Shown here one piece after another: positions 12,480 through 26,703 of a stretch of 64,000 bases of DNA (position 1 is its first letter; the number at the start of each line of letters is the position of its first letter). Source of the stretch: Haplodiscus bocki. Its lineage: Eukaryota. Location of the stretch: the NCBI GenBank assembly GCA_965655095.1, contig OZ296648.1:8494001-8558000 (forward strand), in the 5' to 3' direction. The translations under genes and the position numbers were made by a program. The notes below the pieces were generated by a model. The model ran no database searches and had not been told where the DNA came from. It was given only the letters and a program-made list of their open reading frames with translations.

Positions 12480-14400
12480 TGCGATGAAAAAATTATTGTG
12501 GATCGTTCGTTTACCCGGAGAATACAGAGCATTACCCAATTAATGAATTTTAGGCGCATGCATCACGTTGAATCTTGATTTGTTCGATCAATTTTCACAC
12601 TTTCTCTGTGTATGCTTGCCATATAATTGGAATTTGAATGGGGCTCATGGAAGGAAGATTCATATGAGATTGATATTATAGCAAAAACGTCTGGAAAATG
12701 TGTGTATGTTAGAATAGAAGGTAAAATAGAATATATAAAATTAAAATAGAAAGATTCATGGAGATTTTCAGATTGCAGTTAGGAAAAATTATTAGACACA
12801 TTATCATCATTTCTATCTTTGGATAATAACGGAATGAGTGTTGACTAATTTAGGGAAAAAATAGCATATCCTGATGAACAGTATAAACTAATTGATGAGT
12901 TTTTCGTCAACTGGACCTACCAAGAAGTGAAAATTACTCTTTTCTTAAAGCAAACGTCGCCTTCCGACAAGGGTATTAGAACATAGACAGTAGAGTGGAT
13001 GGCGCAAGGCTCGCTAAAGTACTCAACCTCATAATTACATCGCTGACCAAATGCGTGTGCAATGGCAGAGACTTTGGAAAAATCTAGACTGATTAGGAAG
13101 TGAGCAAACAATAGAGATAACAGCGGAGGTTTAACATACTTATCCTGTTTTTGAAAGAAAATCTGGCCGAAAAAGATTCTTTTTTCCTCAAAAGTCATTG
13201 AAACATCAGTTCCCATTTGGCAAATGCGGCTTCAAAACAGCAGGGTGCCAAAAATAGACATTTAGGGCGTTAGGTATGATTTAAAAAATCAGAAAACAAA
13301 AAGTTCCTCCGAAAACCTCATATATTTTCGATAATTTTCCTCAGAAGTCTCGATTAAAAGATTTTTCGCGGAATTCGGAGGTCCTATGAAACACCGAGGG
13401 GACACTGAAAGTTTTTGATGGGCGCCACCCCTGAGGCAATTTTGTCCTTGCGATGAGAGAAGTAATAAATTATCGCGAAAGACATGCAATTGAAAGAAAA
13501 TTTTCTGCATCTGAAGAGTACCTTTAGCAGACTACCTGACTACGAGCGAACGTATCCTCGGAAGCTTTGGACTGTTTCTCCAGACATCCCAGTGCTCTCA
13601 AATTAAAACATGAAACACAATTTATTTCAATTTTTGTACAACGTGATAGAATGTCCTTAGAAAAGTCTCGAGGAAACCTATTTTTTCGGCAATAATTTTT
13701 TGAGAAAAGTTCGTTCCTAGACGAAACTTGCATCAAAAAGCCACTGCTGTACGCCTTGCTTAATATATCCTTTAAAGCAAGTGACATGCATCAGAATTAG
13801 GCATGCTTAACGCGCGAGATCTTAAATTAATTCTTTCCAGAAAATACTCGGCCAAAATCTTGTGGGAAAAATCAGAAAAGTTTCGGCCAATAACTGACTG
13901 CAAGTAATGCTTCAAATTTCATCGCTTAGACAGCATTGAGATGCCATACAGGGAATGTAAGTTCAGAAAAGTGCAATAAAGTACCGTTTTCCCTCAAAAA
14001 ACCATGGTTTCCAATTGTTTCCGCCAAAAACTCGCTGGTGAACAATTTTCGTCTGGCAAAAAATTTTCTCCCCAGTCAATTATGACCTCGCCAGTGTAAC
14101 TAAGCATTAAACAAAGAGATCCTACTTTTGAGCTTGGAGGAAAACGGCGTCAAATTTAGGCAATGTGGTGGGCAGTGAGTTTTATCTAATGTGTTTCAAA
14201 AAAAGTTCTTCATTTTCACAAGAAAGCATATAACTCACCGAACCTATTTATGTAGGTTTCTGTGTATTGGAACTATCAAAATTAATAATGTATGAGTAAT
14301 ATTATGTTACATTTCGAACTTTTATGGGTCCCGCTGTCATACTACTTTTCATAGATTTTGACTTTTTTGTATTATTGTTCAAACCTAAAACTCCATCTCT
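12480..14400 (+). pseudogene. Second, more fragmentary Polinton-type pPolB relic
   Basis: EPIYVGFCVLELSKLIMYE at ~14240-14296 matches the KPIYVGF..LELSKL.MY pattern that precedes motif C in Polinton pPolBs. Weaker GEYRA and AYP remnants at ~12520-12880. The interval is interrupted. Confidence 0.45.
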
Positions 14401-16420
14401 ACTTTGAAGATTTGGATCGTTTGTGATTTTGCTAATCTAGATGGCATTCATGATTTTTCTTCCGCTGAAAACGAGATGGTTGTAGGAAAAAAGCTTGAAA
14501 CAGTTCTTGTTTAGGAGTCGATAAAGCAATGTTTTCTAAGAAGTAAATCGTACCTATACACAACACAAAATGCAATTCAATTGAAACAGGCGGTACAAAC
14601 ATGTAGAGTGTAATAAGTATAGTTTTGATGATTATGAGAAATGTTTCGAAAATTATGAAACTTTTCCTGGAACTAATTACTCCCCCAGGAGAGAAAAACA
14701 CAGTTTTAGTGGTTAACCCAAAGAACACTAACAAATCAATGAAGTCAACTGTGCAAATGACGAGAACCAGCAACTACGCTGTTTTGCAAAATGGATACGG
14801 ACAATGTGCTCGGGATTCAAGGCACATTTTAATCTTCACAACTTTTATAGACGTATTTTTACCAAAAAATGAAAATTATTTGAGGCCTGTCGTCGAAGAA
14901 ATTCGAATTCGCTTTTTCCAATATAATATTCAATCCGTTTTCATTGAGACCTTATCCTAATTAAATATATGTGCGAAATTTATAAAAATCCATATATTTG
15001 TTTCATTTTTGTTCCGTTAACTGAGCTTAAAGAACAAGCTTAGCCGGATAAACATAGTTCAAGGTTGAAGGTTTGGTGCGATATTTCATAATTGCAAATT
15101 TCATCCTTAATTTTGTGAGATAATAAATTGAAAATTAGATTTGATGCTAATTCTTTTCAATTCTAGGCGTCAGCTGCAGATAATGTTCTAGGAGAGAATA
15201 CCTAATTGAGCTATTTTGAAGTGTTTATGTTGAAGGCTGTGGTTAGTGTTCCGAAGTTCGCCAAATTCGGCCATCGCTGCTTCACCTATTATGAACTTAA
15301 ATTGTCGGCTTTGATTCTGAACGCTGGTTCGGTCGAGTTTTATTTGTCGGTTCCGTTAACCTGTGGTATGCATTTAAAAGATACACGAGACCAGGTCTTT
15401 CGAATTTTGATTTTGAACTTTTCATTAGTTATTGGATTAGTGCTCGTCTTTTTAAACGGTATAGCTTCCAATGTTCAGAAATTTTCATTAATCGCTGGCT
15501 TGTGCTTGCAACACTGATAACAGAACTTTACTCAGACTATCTTTGACTCCTTTTATCGTAGTATACCTTGATTTGAAGAATCGAAAAAAATGTGACTTGC
15601 TCTCGTGGCAGGGGGTTGACACATCTGAATGAGAAGAGAAAATGGTCGAGACTTGTTTGTGTATTATTTTCAGATTTATGGAAATTAACAATCAACAATG
15701 CAACCAAAGTGATGATTCAAAAACAATGACTCTCTTCTGAAAGACAGATAATGTTTGGCAGAGAAGAGTGGGAAAACAATTGACCCGGGTTAAGCCAGGG
15801 AAAAGACTCATCATTGCGGTGGGTTTTCTCACGTGAATGAGCGGCGCTTAATCGGTGGGCGGCTCTCAAACAACGGTGCTGTGTCTGCGCGGTACTGTCC
15901 ACCTGTGATTTCATCGCTTGAGAAAAACGGTTTTTCATAAATGAAGTTATTCAAAACGTTCACCCTTTGGCGCTATCTTCAAAACTAGAGGGGATTCAAT
16001 TTGGATGACAAAGGAGGGATTTCATTGGTACCGATTTTTTGTAAATAAAATTAGGAATTTTATTTTCCCCTGTAACATGTACTCTTCTTCGTGGAAAAAG
16101 TGCCCGACGACTATTACAGTGGATTTTGTCTGTTTTTAAAAGACTACTTATTAGGCGAAATTCTAAAAATTATACATTTTTGGTACAGGCCTGATGATGG
16201 CATCTTCGGAGTAAATCCTGAAGTCAAAAATGTCGCAAATTTTGTACAATCTTCACACCGATATTTTGGCGCCTTCCTGGCTTGTCCGCGACGCTGCCTC
16301 AGATGTTCTTTTTTTCCTCATTTTTAATGGAGCTATAAGCGATTAAATTACTTAAAGGTCTGTACTGGGACGGTGTTGTGCTTGGCTATCTAGGAGAGAG
16401 CAGCAGAAGTGAAGTGGAGA

Positions 16421-16537
16421 ATGAATTACGAGCAGCTGATAGCTTCAGCCATGTTTGCCAGTTCTTTTGCCAACTTTCTCAGCTCAGTCTTTTTCTACTG
16501 TGTCAACGACCCCAGTCTCTACAGCTCACTCTACAGG
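16421..16537 (+). CDS. Possible first coding exon of the EDEM1-like gene
   Basis: ATG-initiated 39 codons ending at a GTCAGT donor in phase 0, which is in frame with the acceptor at 19967. No homology support. Confidence 0.3.
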
Positions 16538-16988
16538 GTCAGTATACTCTCCACAGATGATGAAATCAAGTAAACATTCACCAATTGTGTCTGGTTCAAT
16601 TGAATCGAAAAAAGTTCTGCACTTTCATAGTCACAATTAACTCACGAGACGAATTTTGGTAATAAGGATGTGGACTAGAAATAGTCAAGACAATAAAGAC
16701 AACAAGTCAGTTACGTTAAGTTTTTGGAAACTGTTCTGGATTGAATCAAGAATCTTTAAATCAAAAGTGCTTCTTCAAGTTGTGGCGTTGATGAATACCA
16801 TCCGCAATTTCCAAGATGTTTGCTTGAATCTGAAGTCACACGTCTGGTAATTTAAACTTAATGATTCATAAAAAACCATAACAGTACACTGAAAAGTTTT
16901 CGAGATCTCAAAATAGCTGACGTTTGTCAACAAACTATCAACTTGATCTCAAAAATTTCTCTATTGTCAATGGTGAGAATTGGTGATT

Positions 16989-17350
16989 ACGTTTGCGCAA
17001 GCAAGGTTATATCACAGTCTTTTTTTCCGATCCGCTCACTACTCGTACTTGTGCCTACATTTTAATGTTGCTTAGATTTTGTTCATGCGCTCTCGCTTTC
17101 TTGCAAAAATTCGTTTACATGGCCTATTTTCCAATCTGTGCATGTGTTTTTTAATTCACTGTAAAGCGATTTAACTCCTTTAGTCGTTCGCACTCGTTAC
17201 ATTTAAATATATGAGAATTAACTGAGTTAATTAAATTTCTGTTTGTTTAATCAGTAGTACCGTGGCCCCTTCAAAACCAGTTATACTTGTTGGATTTATT
17301 CTCCAGTATTCCGTTGACGCAAGTGTTGCGAAGCCCAGCTTTACCTGTGT
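16989..17350 (+). mobile_element. Non-autonomous Helentron-like (HINE/DINE-1-like) short element
   Basis: 5' ACGTTTGCGCAAGCAAG and 3' ACGCAAGTGT followed by a CGAAGC-NNN-GCTT hairpin. Body is related to 33012-33374 and 34758-35150. Confidence 0.45.
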
Positions 17351-19967
17351 TTATATGATGTCAACGGTGTCAGAAGAAAAACACCCAAACCCTAAATACC
17401 CGAGACTGAAATAACCATACTAATCAAATCATTAACAACGTCTTTGTTGAGGAATAGAACTTTGACAAAATTGTTGAGCTACAAAACTTAAACTTTTCTG
17501 TCATAATAGCTCAAAATCGAGAAGAAACAAACTAACCTGATGTTACAGCAAACTTTAAGCAATTCCAATTTCTAACTCCGGTAAAATATTTGATCACGCT
17601 TAACCTTCAATAACGAACATACCGAAGTCCTCGCAAATATTAAAGTCGCCAATTAATGACATGCTTACCAAATTTTAATTTTGCGCGTACCTAGGTATCA
17701 TCGGTAATACATTGAGAGATTACTTATATGAATGATTATACGATTCCTGAACATGAGCTCAAAAATGTACAAACGTCAATTTGTTTAATTATCATGTTCT
17801 CATGCATTGATGCCCTTTTCAGTTGCTACATACCTCCCATCTTTGAGGAGCATTATTTTGAAGTTCCTCCCCTCTCAGAATGTCATGTTTATTTTCTTTG
17901 ATATAAATACCGCCATGTTTATGATACTTTGCCAGACGTTATATAATTTTTCTACAATAAAGCTTTCTAAAAACATTGTCTTGTAGTCTTCGCTGCCCTG
18001 CCCGGTCCACTGCCTTAACAGTCTTATTGATAAAAGTTTGAAGATGCTTCTATTTACCTAGGTTTCATGGTGTGTTAAAATACTGGTGGTGTCGAATTAA
18101 AATGCCACAAGTCAAAGTTTTCAAAGAAAATTTTCTTGAATAGGAAAACAGCCGTAAGGCTTAAATAATTGGGGCTGACACGAGGGTAGAGGGCTGTAGC
18201 TCTTTTTCGTGTCATAGTGTCCAAAAATAATATTAAAACTAGTTTTCATTAAAAGTAAGCTTTCAAAATTCCGTGCCTCTCCGAAAATTTTGACTGAAAA
18301 TAAATTGGAAATTTTAGCTTTTACACTTGCGCAAGCAAGTGTTATATGCGCCTTCAAAAAGACAAAAAATAATTTCAACATTTTTTAAAGAAAAAAACAC
18401 GTGTACGCGACAAATTTTTCAGCTCTGTGGGAAACTTGTAATACCCCACAAAATTTTCTGAACTGCGATAAATTTATGACCTCCTACCCCACAAAATGTT
18501 CAACCCTGTGAGACAATTGTGATTCCCCCCTCCCCCCTCCACACACACTCGCAACAATTTTCGGTACTCTGGAAAATTTTAAATTTCAAGATGGTGTGAG
18601 TTTTTGCAAAGTTGATCCTAGATGTGGTGATAATTTTGTACTCTTTATTTATAATGGCGTGTAAAAGTTGATGATTGTAAGAAGCAACTGTATTTAAGCA
18701 TCATAATTAGGACATCACTCCAGTAATTATGCAAAATTCAAGATTTTTGGGTGGTTTTAATATTAAGATGCTTTCAATTATTTAACTCGTATGTTTGTTT
18801 CAATGTTGGGTATTTTGGGACATTGGATATTTTGGTCTTGGTTACTTTGGGGCATTTGGTATTTCATCCTTGAGCATTTTGGGGTGGAACCTATGCCGAC
18901 ATCAAAGGGCATTCTGACTGATTTCCGTTAAATAATTGTGGACAACTTTATTCTTCTGAACGTGAAATTGTTACGTTGACACTTTGATCTGGTTTAGAAG
19001 TGTCACCTACGATATTTGGCGAATGAGATTGGGTGACTGACGTCTTTTTTAAAATCATCGACACGCACAGTTTTTGTGGGTCATATACAGTACTGATTTC
19101 AATCAGGTGAACTGAGCAAAAATTGTACAACTTTTGAGCATACTTTCTCAAAGCACAATGATTTTACCAGTAGGCCGTAAAGGCAAAGGTTTCTTAGATT
19201 ATTCATTAAGATTTTATTGGTGTTTTTGTTTTGAAATCGCTCTAATACTTGAAAGGTATGACTACCTTGATTTTGATCATTTTCACCAAATTTGAGTTTT
19301 TTTCGGAAATTTCGTAAACTAGAAAAATACAGGGAAACGTTCAGTTCCAATTTTCTACATTTTTCCCAAAACTTTTGACGCTTACAACTTTCTGGAAAAT
19401 GAAATACTTGAAAGTTTACGTTTATTTACTGAAGTGAATTTTCTGTACATTCAGTTATAAAACTCTATATCTTTGTCAGAGTTCAGATCTCGTAAAATTG
19501 TTAATGGTCTCAGAAAAGTTTTCGGAGAGATTAAAGGCTGTAAAACGATCCATATTGTATTTGTCTACCAGCTTAAAGGATTGAGATTTCGAAGTTTTAA
19601 TGCATTTATAACAAGAGGTCACCGTTTTGCAAGAACAAGCGTTTTCAAAGAAAATGAAAATTGGGCCAAATTTGATTATCATGGTTTCGGGTGGATTCTA
19701 CAGTTTAATTTGAGACATCAAAGCTAGCTTATTCATCTACCTGGTCGATCAAGATCAGCAAAAAAAGTCCAAATATGGTGAAGAATTAGCATAAACAGGA
19801 GTTTGAAAGATTGGTCCGGTTTTCTTTAAACAAGAACTTTTTGATCTTACGAAAATTCTAAGAAACTTTCTACGACGTTTTTCTAAACCTTTTAGTTTTT
19901 GAGCATTTGATCTTCAAAAATGTCAATTTTTGCTCTGGAGTTCACTTAATTAAAATCATTGTTGTAG

Positions 19968-20293
19968 TATGTGGACCCAAGTTTTTGGTTTAATTTTTCA
20001 GCTGTGTCCTTATTACAGACAGCTGGAAGAATGACGTCACTTGGCGTTGGTCAAGGAGGAGTGAACGAAGAGCAGCCCTACAGGTTCTCAGTGAATGAAG
20101 ATGCCTTCTACTCCAGCAATCTGTCCAGTCTCTACTCTGAGTTCGCGTACTTTCCCCAGCAGGATAGGATAGAGATGCGGGAGTATGTGCGAGAGATGTT
20201 CTACCACGGCTACAGGGGATACATGAAACATGCATTCCCATTGGACGAACTCAACCCCATCAACTGTTCCGGTAGAGGGCCTGACCAAAACCA
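19968..20293 (+). CDS. EDEM1: EDEM1-like alpha-mannosidase (GH47), exon
   Basis: VREMFYHGYRGYMKHAFPLDELNPINCSGRGPD. Donor GTTAGT at 20294; 5' edge uncertain. Confidence 0.85.
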
Positions 20294-20507
20294 GTTAGTA
20301 TTGATGGAAGTGAGGGAAAAGTCAGGATTTGTTAGTAACTAACAAACACGGAACGCTCAACTCGGTGCTGTACATGAGACTCAAATTATGTAACGCGGGT
20401 TTTGTTTAAAATAATTTGGTATGGAAAAAACTGGTATGCGCAAAAGGCTAGAGTTTTCGGAGATTAAAACTCTTGGGAGCTGCGGTGAAAGAAAACGTAT
20501 CTTTTTA

Positions 20508-20572
20508 GGCGACCCTCGACTCGAACCCGTAACTATGGCTTGGCACGCTTTTGTCCTCCCTCTGGACCACCA
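20508..20572 (-). repeat. tRNA-like pseudogene or SINE head (Gly-like)
   Basis: Reverse strand has an A-box-like GGTGGTCCAGAGGG, a TGCCAAG loop and a B-box GGTTCGAGTC. The cloverleaf is imperfect. Confidence 0.35.
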
Positions 20573-21279
20573 AAATACGTTCTATCTTGTGATTTCACAA
20601 AAAAATGGACCAAAGATCGTACTAAAGAAAAGCGCCGACTAAAAAAGTCGAATTCTGAGAAAAGAGCTTGACAAAATTCTCAGCTCGAAAAACCATTAGT
20701 TCAGATGCACAGCTCACAAAATGAAGTAGTTGAAGTTGCATCTGACCATTAATTGTTGCTAAAGCATCTTTGAATGTTCGCTTGATTTCGAAACACCTCG
20801 ATTTGGAAGTTTCGCTTAATGTATTCTAAATGCTTCGATTTAGTTTCTAAAAGATGGCTTTTGTAAAGAATATCAAAAACTGGGTCGGCTAATTTTCAGG
20901 TAAACCTTTCGTGGTTTTTAGTACTGATTAGTGCGTTAATCCTTTTTTTCCTGGTGGTGATTGTCATACGGTGAACTCCGTTAATCCCATGATGCAACCG
21001 TACTGAATTAAAAGAAATACAGAAGCTAAATTTAGAAACTTGTTTATATACATATTAGTAAACAACAGACAGTGTTATGTTTGGAACATCGTAAATCAGT
21101 ATACCGAAGAAATCTTAAATGTTACTATTGGAAATTAAAAACTAATTCGTTTTTTTAATCTGTCCAGCTAGAATAGAAGAGTGATTAATGAGTTAAATGT
21201 TTTTTCTCTATTTATTATTGAGTTAATTGTTTTCTCTAGTACTGATTATTGCGTTAGTTTTGCTATGTTGTATGTTTAG

Positions 21280-21352
21280 AGCTAACATCAACCTAAATGA
21301 CGCTCTGGGCAACTTCTCTCTGGGCCTCGTTGATACTCTGGATACACTTTAT
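21280..21352 (+). CDS. EDEM1: EDEM1-like exon
   Basis: ANINLNDALGNFSLGLVDTLDTLY with AG/GT boundaries; phase is consistent with neighbouring exons. Confidence 0.9.
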
Positions 21353-21441
21353 GTTAGTGAGAAACCGTGCTTGTCTTGCTTTCAATCCTATTGTCTGCCG
21401 TTTGAATGAATTGAATGTTGGAGTCTTGTTATTTCTATTAG

Positions 21442-21545
21442 GTCATCGGGGACTTGGATGAGTTCAGAAGAGCAGTGACCATAGTGGCCAATCACGTCAC
21501 ATTCGACACTGACACCAACGTACAAGTGTTCGAAGCTAACATAAG
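21442..21545 (+). CDS. EDEM1: EDEM1-like exon
   Basis: VIGDLDEFRRAV...VQVFEANIR (GH47 catalytic FE motif). TAG acceptor and GTAAG donor. Confidence 0.92.
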
Positions 21546-22274
21546 GTAAGTCTGTTAGTTAGTTAGTTAATTGATTTTTTACTCAGTGAACTGCTCATGT
21601 ACTTTATTGGTAATAAGTCAGGCCGTTGATTAAATGCTTACTTAGTTAACTGCGTCGGTACATAATCTATTTTTTTTGGATTTTTCTAGGACTCGAAAAT
21701 AAGCCGATTATAAACATAACCTAGCTGCCTGATTTTAAGCCAGAACGGGTACCTCGCAAAAATCCTTTAAAATTTCGGGGAAAGGTGTTTTTCCAGCATG
21801 TCAAACTTTCTTCTCTCAAGACCAGTACTTGTGCAAGCTTTCTCGTGCAAAATTCCGAAGTGTCCTTTCACCAAAAAGATCGAAGCGCGCGAGTAGCTTC
21901 GATTGTCAAAAAATGACCCATCTGGTCGAATAGAAGCCGAACTTTTGAAAAAGTAGTGGATATTTTCCGTTTTTTCACATCAGCCCTAATGACAAAATTA
22001 TTACTTGCACCCTAGCTGATACTGTTCAAGATTGTTGTTCAATGAAATTTATTGGAACTGAGTTTTACTTCAACTAGCTTCAGCTTCTTGTAAATTGCGT
22101 GCATTGTCTCCTGAACACAAAAGATGAAGTCAGTGAATACATTGCTAGCAGAAGCTACAGCTTCAACCAGCAAGAAGTAATCTGCTGGGGGCTAACGGAA
22201 AACACTCAAAATAGAAACTAGTAATCCGGTTGAAACGAACTGATCTCTCCGTAGTAGTAATTGATTGTTTGCAG

Positions 22275-22878
22275 GGTGCTCGGAGGACTTTTATCTGCAC
22301 ATATCTTAGCCGCTTCCCAGTTATCATCATCATCATCTAAACCAACAGAATCAACAGTTAGAAAGACAACTTTTAATCCAGTGTCATCATCATCATTACC
22401 TGAAGAAAAATTATCTGGAGTGACTAGCCATAAGCAACAGAAGATGGACCCTTCTAAAGACAGTACAACCTCCTCGCTACAGGGCGCTGACAAAAAAACG
22501 AGATATTCTAACTACTCATCGACGTCATCTGCTGACAATTTGAGGCAACAGCATACTAAACCCCCCGTCCATTCAGGTGGTTTTGGTGACTCTAATTTAT
22601 CCTCTAACAGCAGATCAACTAGAAAACCAAGCTCAAGCGAAAAAGTTAGTGCCTCCCCAAACACAGCTCGAGATCAATCTCCATGGTTGTCGGATGTAGA
22701 TGAAGAATCTACTTCACTCAAAGACAGCAATGAACAGAATTCTGAATCTATCTCGTCTTCGGCTGGAGAGACAGTTGTGGCTGATTACGACAACGAGCTG
22801 TATGATTTAGCCCTGGATCTGGCCGCAAGACTTCTGCCGGCTTTTCAGAATAGCAAAAATGGACTACCACATCCCAGA
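22275..22878 (+). CDS. EDEM1: EDEM1-like exon with long Ser-rich insertion
   Basis: VLGGLLSAH...DYDNELYDLALDLAARLLPAFQNSKNGLPHPR. CAG acceptor and GTACGT donor. Confidence 0.88.
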
Positions 22879-25389
22879 GTACGTATTATGATAGTTGCAA
22901 CACATCCTGCGGCCTCGGGCCTCAGACGGAATATTCTAAGGCATAATATGAACCGCTTTTGTCGGTGCTTCACTATAATCACCCATATCAGGCTGCAGTA
23001 ACGTCATTGTTACCGATGGAGCATGCATCTAGATTGAAACCTCGGTCACCGAGGACAGTCTTCCAAACAGTTGTTCGAGGTTTTCGACATGTACATTTAT
23101 CGGCCATCACCAACTGAGTTTGGTATAAATTGGAGCCGGGAGCTGTAGTACCGTGTCTCAGATTTTCAAAACTGAGAAAAATTCTCTCCGACTTCATGGA
23201 CGAAAAAACGAAAAATGTAGCAAGCTAGTAAAAATGCAAATTGGTACTCGACCATGGCGTCATCGTAATATTAGCGTGTGAGTTAGCGAGTAAATAAAGC
23301 TAGCGAGTTTATTTAGTCGTTCGATACATTCGTTTACTTTCTTCATTCATTCAGCGTTCTAACAGTTTTTCATTACATAACCGAAAAGGATGAAAACATT
23401 GATTGGTACCATTAGAATGTCATACGGAAAAAGTTCAGACTAAAACTGGAACGGAAGTAATTATAATATCTAAACTGAAGATTTTCGATATTCTAGGTAC
23501 ATCTCGACCTTTTTAGCGTCTAAATTGTAGCGAAACTGTAAAGTAGCAAAAATAAATCAGCCAACTGCCTTAATGCTTTGCTAACGTAACACTGGTGCGT
23601 TGCTAAAATACAATGCAAGTAATAATGTAAACTTCAGTCCCAATTGTCTGCCGCTCCGATATCCGCCATAAATTTCAATTTTGTTGAATAAAAATATTAC
23701 TCTCGGATAACCGCCACTCGGTTTTCCACCATACATTTCAAACTCGAAAACCTGTTAAATTTATAAAGTTATTTATTTTGCATACCAACAATGAATTTTG
23801 CCGAGTATCGTGAATGTCGGTAGTGGTCATTTTTTGCGTCAGCAAGGTTTTATCAGGGAAAGTTGCGGTATTAATTTGTCGTAAATTTTATGGTATACAC
23901 AAAGTTATCGAAATTTCCAGTATGCGTTTTTTTGGAGAATTTTCAGTTGATCCAAGGGTATCACGACTGTGATTCAAAGCGCCCGCTGTTGAAGTTTTAT
24001 TCATGCAGACAGTTCAAAATTTGTTGAAAATAAGTAAATACTTTTTTAATTTGATGTTTGAGCCGTCAGGGGGGGGGGGGGCTATTTTCATAAATTTTGT
24101 ACTGTAGAAGCTCATTTAATCACAATTTCACAAATTTTCAGAAACATCTAAAAGGGGACTGATCCTACAGAGATTTCGGACAGACGTTCGAGATTTATGA
24201 CCCTAAAAATATCTTTGGGGTAACCTCTGTGAACTCAAAGATTTATTAAATTCATCAAGATTACGGAGCTAATCAATTCCTTCGGAATAACTTCTTAATT
24301 TTCCTTGAATGGCGAAAATTTAATTATTTGTGCTTTTCTCTGAAGCACAAAGGTAGAACTTGCGAAATTTGCTTGGGATTCGTTGATCTGAGACTAATTT
24401 ACTTCTAGACAAAATCACCAATGCCGCTTGAGAATCAGTATTTTCATTTAAAATGAATCTATTTTCATTTAAAATATCAAGGGAGTAAAAAAATATAGCG
24501 TTTATTATTCCGTTCCCGCAAGTGTTGCGAAGCACAGCTTCGCCTCTGTGTGAAAAGTTAGAGGGCAATGTGACATATACGACGTTTGCGATTTTCAAAT
24601 ACGAAAAGTGGTCACTGATTTATTTCAATTGTTCAATCAGAAGTTGTTTTTGTTCGAATTGGAGATGAAACGATTGAAAATCTGAATTTAATTTTGTTAT
24701 TCCATGTATTCTGCCATTGAACTCATCAAACAGATCCTTCAAGAGAAGGTAGGCATAGTAAATACTGTGACAACCATTTTGTTAAATTAGCCCTTTTTCT
24801 TCTCATTTTCAACGTTTTCCCACAAGTGTTGAGCTGATTTTGAGGACAGAGTAAAGCAACGAAGGAGCATTTAAGCTAAACAAACCGACACACCTCTGAG
24901 GACGATGACAATTTTTTTCGTGGATTCTTCATTCTGGTCTGATGGAATCATTAATCGGGCAAAACGTGATCGGTCAGCAATATTTGTTAAGGGAAGGGAA
25001 GTCGCTGTGCTTTTGACAATGCATCCACCAGTCATTTTCCATGGTCCAATTGGGTGCTATAACTGCACCAACAAATTACGACGAAAGACTGATGGTGCAG
25101 TTTTCTCAGTCTGATTACCTTTTTTGGAGACAACACAAGAATCTGTCAACTAACCCAACATTTTTTGACGGGGTAAGGGGGGAAAGGAAAAAACCCTGAT
25201 ATCGTCCTAATTACTGTGTTAAATTTTCGCTTGGAAAAGCCTTGTAATTTTTGAGAAAATTGAATTTCTTGAAAATTCAGGCAGGATGCACGCAAAATTT
25301 ATAATAATTTGTTCATAATCTTCAATTTGACATTGACAAGGAAGCCATCGCTCTGAGGAAGGCAATGGTATTTTCATCCTGATGATGTT

Positions 25390-26703
25390 CAATTGCGTTT
25401 TTCACCTTCGCCTCCAGTTGTCGGTACTTTTTCTCGAAAACTCCGTACCTGCTGTTGACTGCAAATAGAGATACATTTGGTTGCAGCATCCTTCTTCAAA
25501 TTTTCCAGCGTTCTCCGCAGACTTGGATGCCAGCCCGAAAAGAACGCTTGGATGCCAAATGCCAACCTTCAACCGCATTTGTAGTTCTAGCAACGCCTTC
25601 CGATGCAGCTTCTCTTTTGTTCCATATCGATGGGGGGAATAAAGGCTCTCAAATTTTTCTCTATGTATGTATTTTGGAAGTATGAACACAATTCATCAAT
25701 TTCTTCTACCTCACTTGAGTCGAGGGAGAGCTGCTCGCATACTTCTTGAAAATCTTCAACGACTAGCTTGAAGGAGGATTTAACATTTTCAAGCTTTTCA
25801 AAAGCCAAAGCTGGTGTAAGTTTCAAAGCCAGCAACAACTCTGGGATCGAACGGTACAAGTTTTTCAACCCGAGTTCGATAAAATTCTGCGATAAATGGC
25901 AGAAGCATCCCGATATAGTAGCAATGGGCAGTGCTTTTTCGAAGGTTTTCATAGCAGCTGGCTCAAAATCGATCAAAACTTTATCGGGAGCTGCATTCGG
26001 GAGGAGCAACAACAAAATATCCAGAAAAGGTTTATATGTGCTTTCTGTTTTGTTTGGTAAAAATCAGTACACGCAAGCTGGCGCTATTCCAGGACCCTTA
26101 ATGTGAACGGTGTACAGCTGATAAAACATTTTTGGGCTCAAATTAAACGTTCCATCTGCGAGCCATGATGGAGATGACTGCAAATATTTAGTCATTTCAT
26201 TGCCGCCGAAAACCATCATCCTTTCATCGTCTTCTTTTCCAGTGTCGTGCACCAAAAAAGTGAAATTCTTCAAGCACGTCGAAGTTTCGGCTTGCCGGGT
26301 CTGGTAAGTGGATCATTTTCTTTTTTTTGTCTCACTCGTTGAGAAACTTTGAAGAGACTGGCTTTAGAGGGCAGTGTCAATTGCGTTGAGTATTCGTCCG
26401 TAACTTCCAGCATTGCTGATGCAACTGAAACTGCGGGGGTTGAAACTTCACTTAAATCTTTGATTTTCTTAGAAACTTTAATCGCTCCAACGTTTCCCAA
26501 GCAAATATCGTGGTTTTGGTTCCTCGAATCGAAATCAGTTGCTCCCCACTTGTATTTGCAGAGGTTCGGCAGCTAAGTGTCTGATATTGGGCACAATTCC
26601 AAGCTGTGGTCAAATTATTCTCTCTTTTCTTGTAATATTCGTAGCCGTCGACTACCAGAATTGTTCTCGATTTGCTGGATTGCAAAAATTCAATGCTACT
26701 CAT
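25390..26703 (-). pseudogene. MULE (Mutator-like) transposase with N-terminal FLYWCH finger, disrupted
   Basis: VDGYEY...WNC...C, WLADGTF...FYQLYTVH, VLIDFE, GCFCHLSQ and RTTNAVEGWH. Several stops and frameshifts. Confidence 0.85.
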
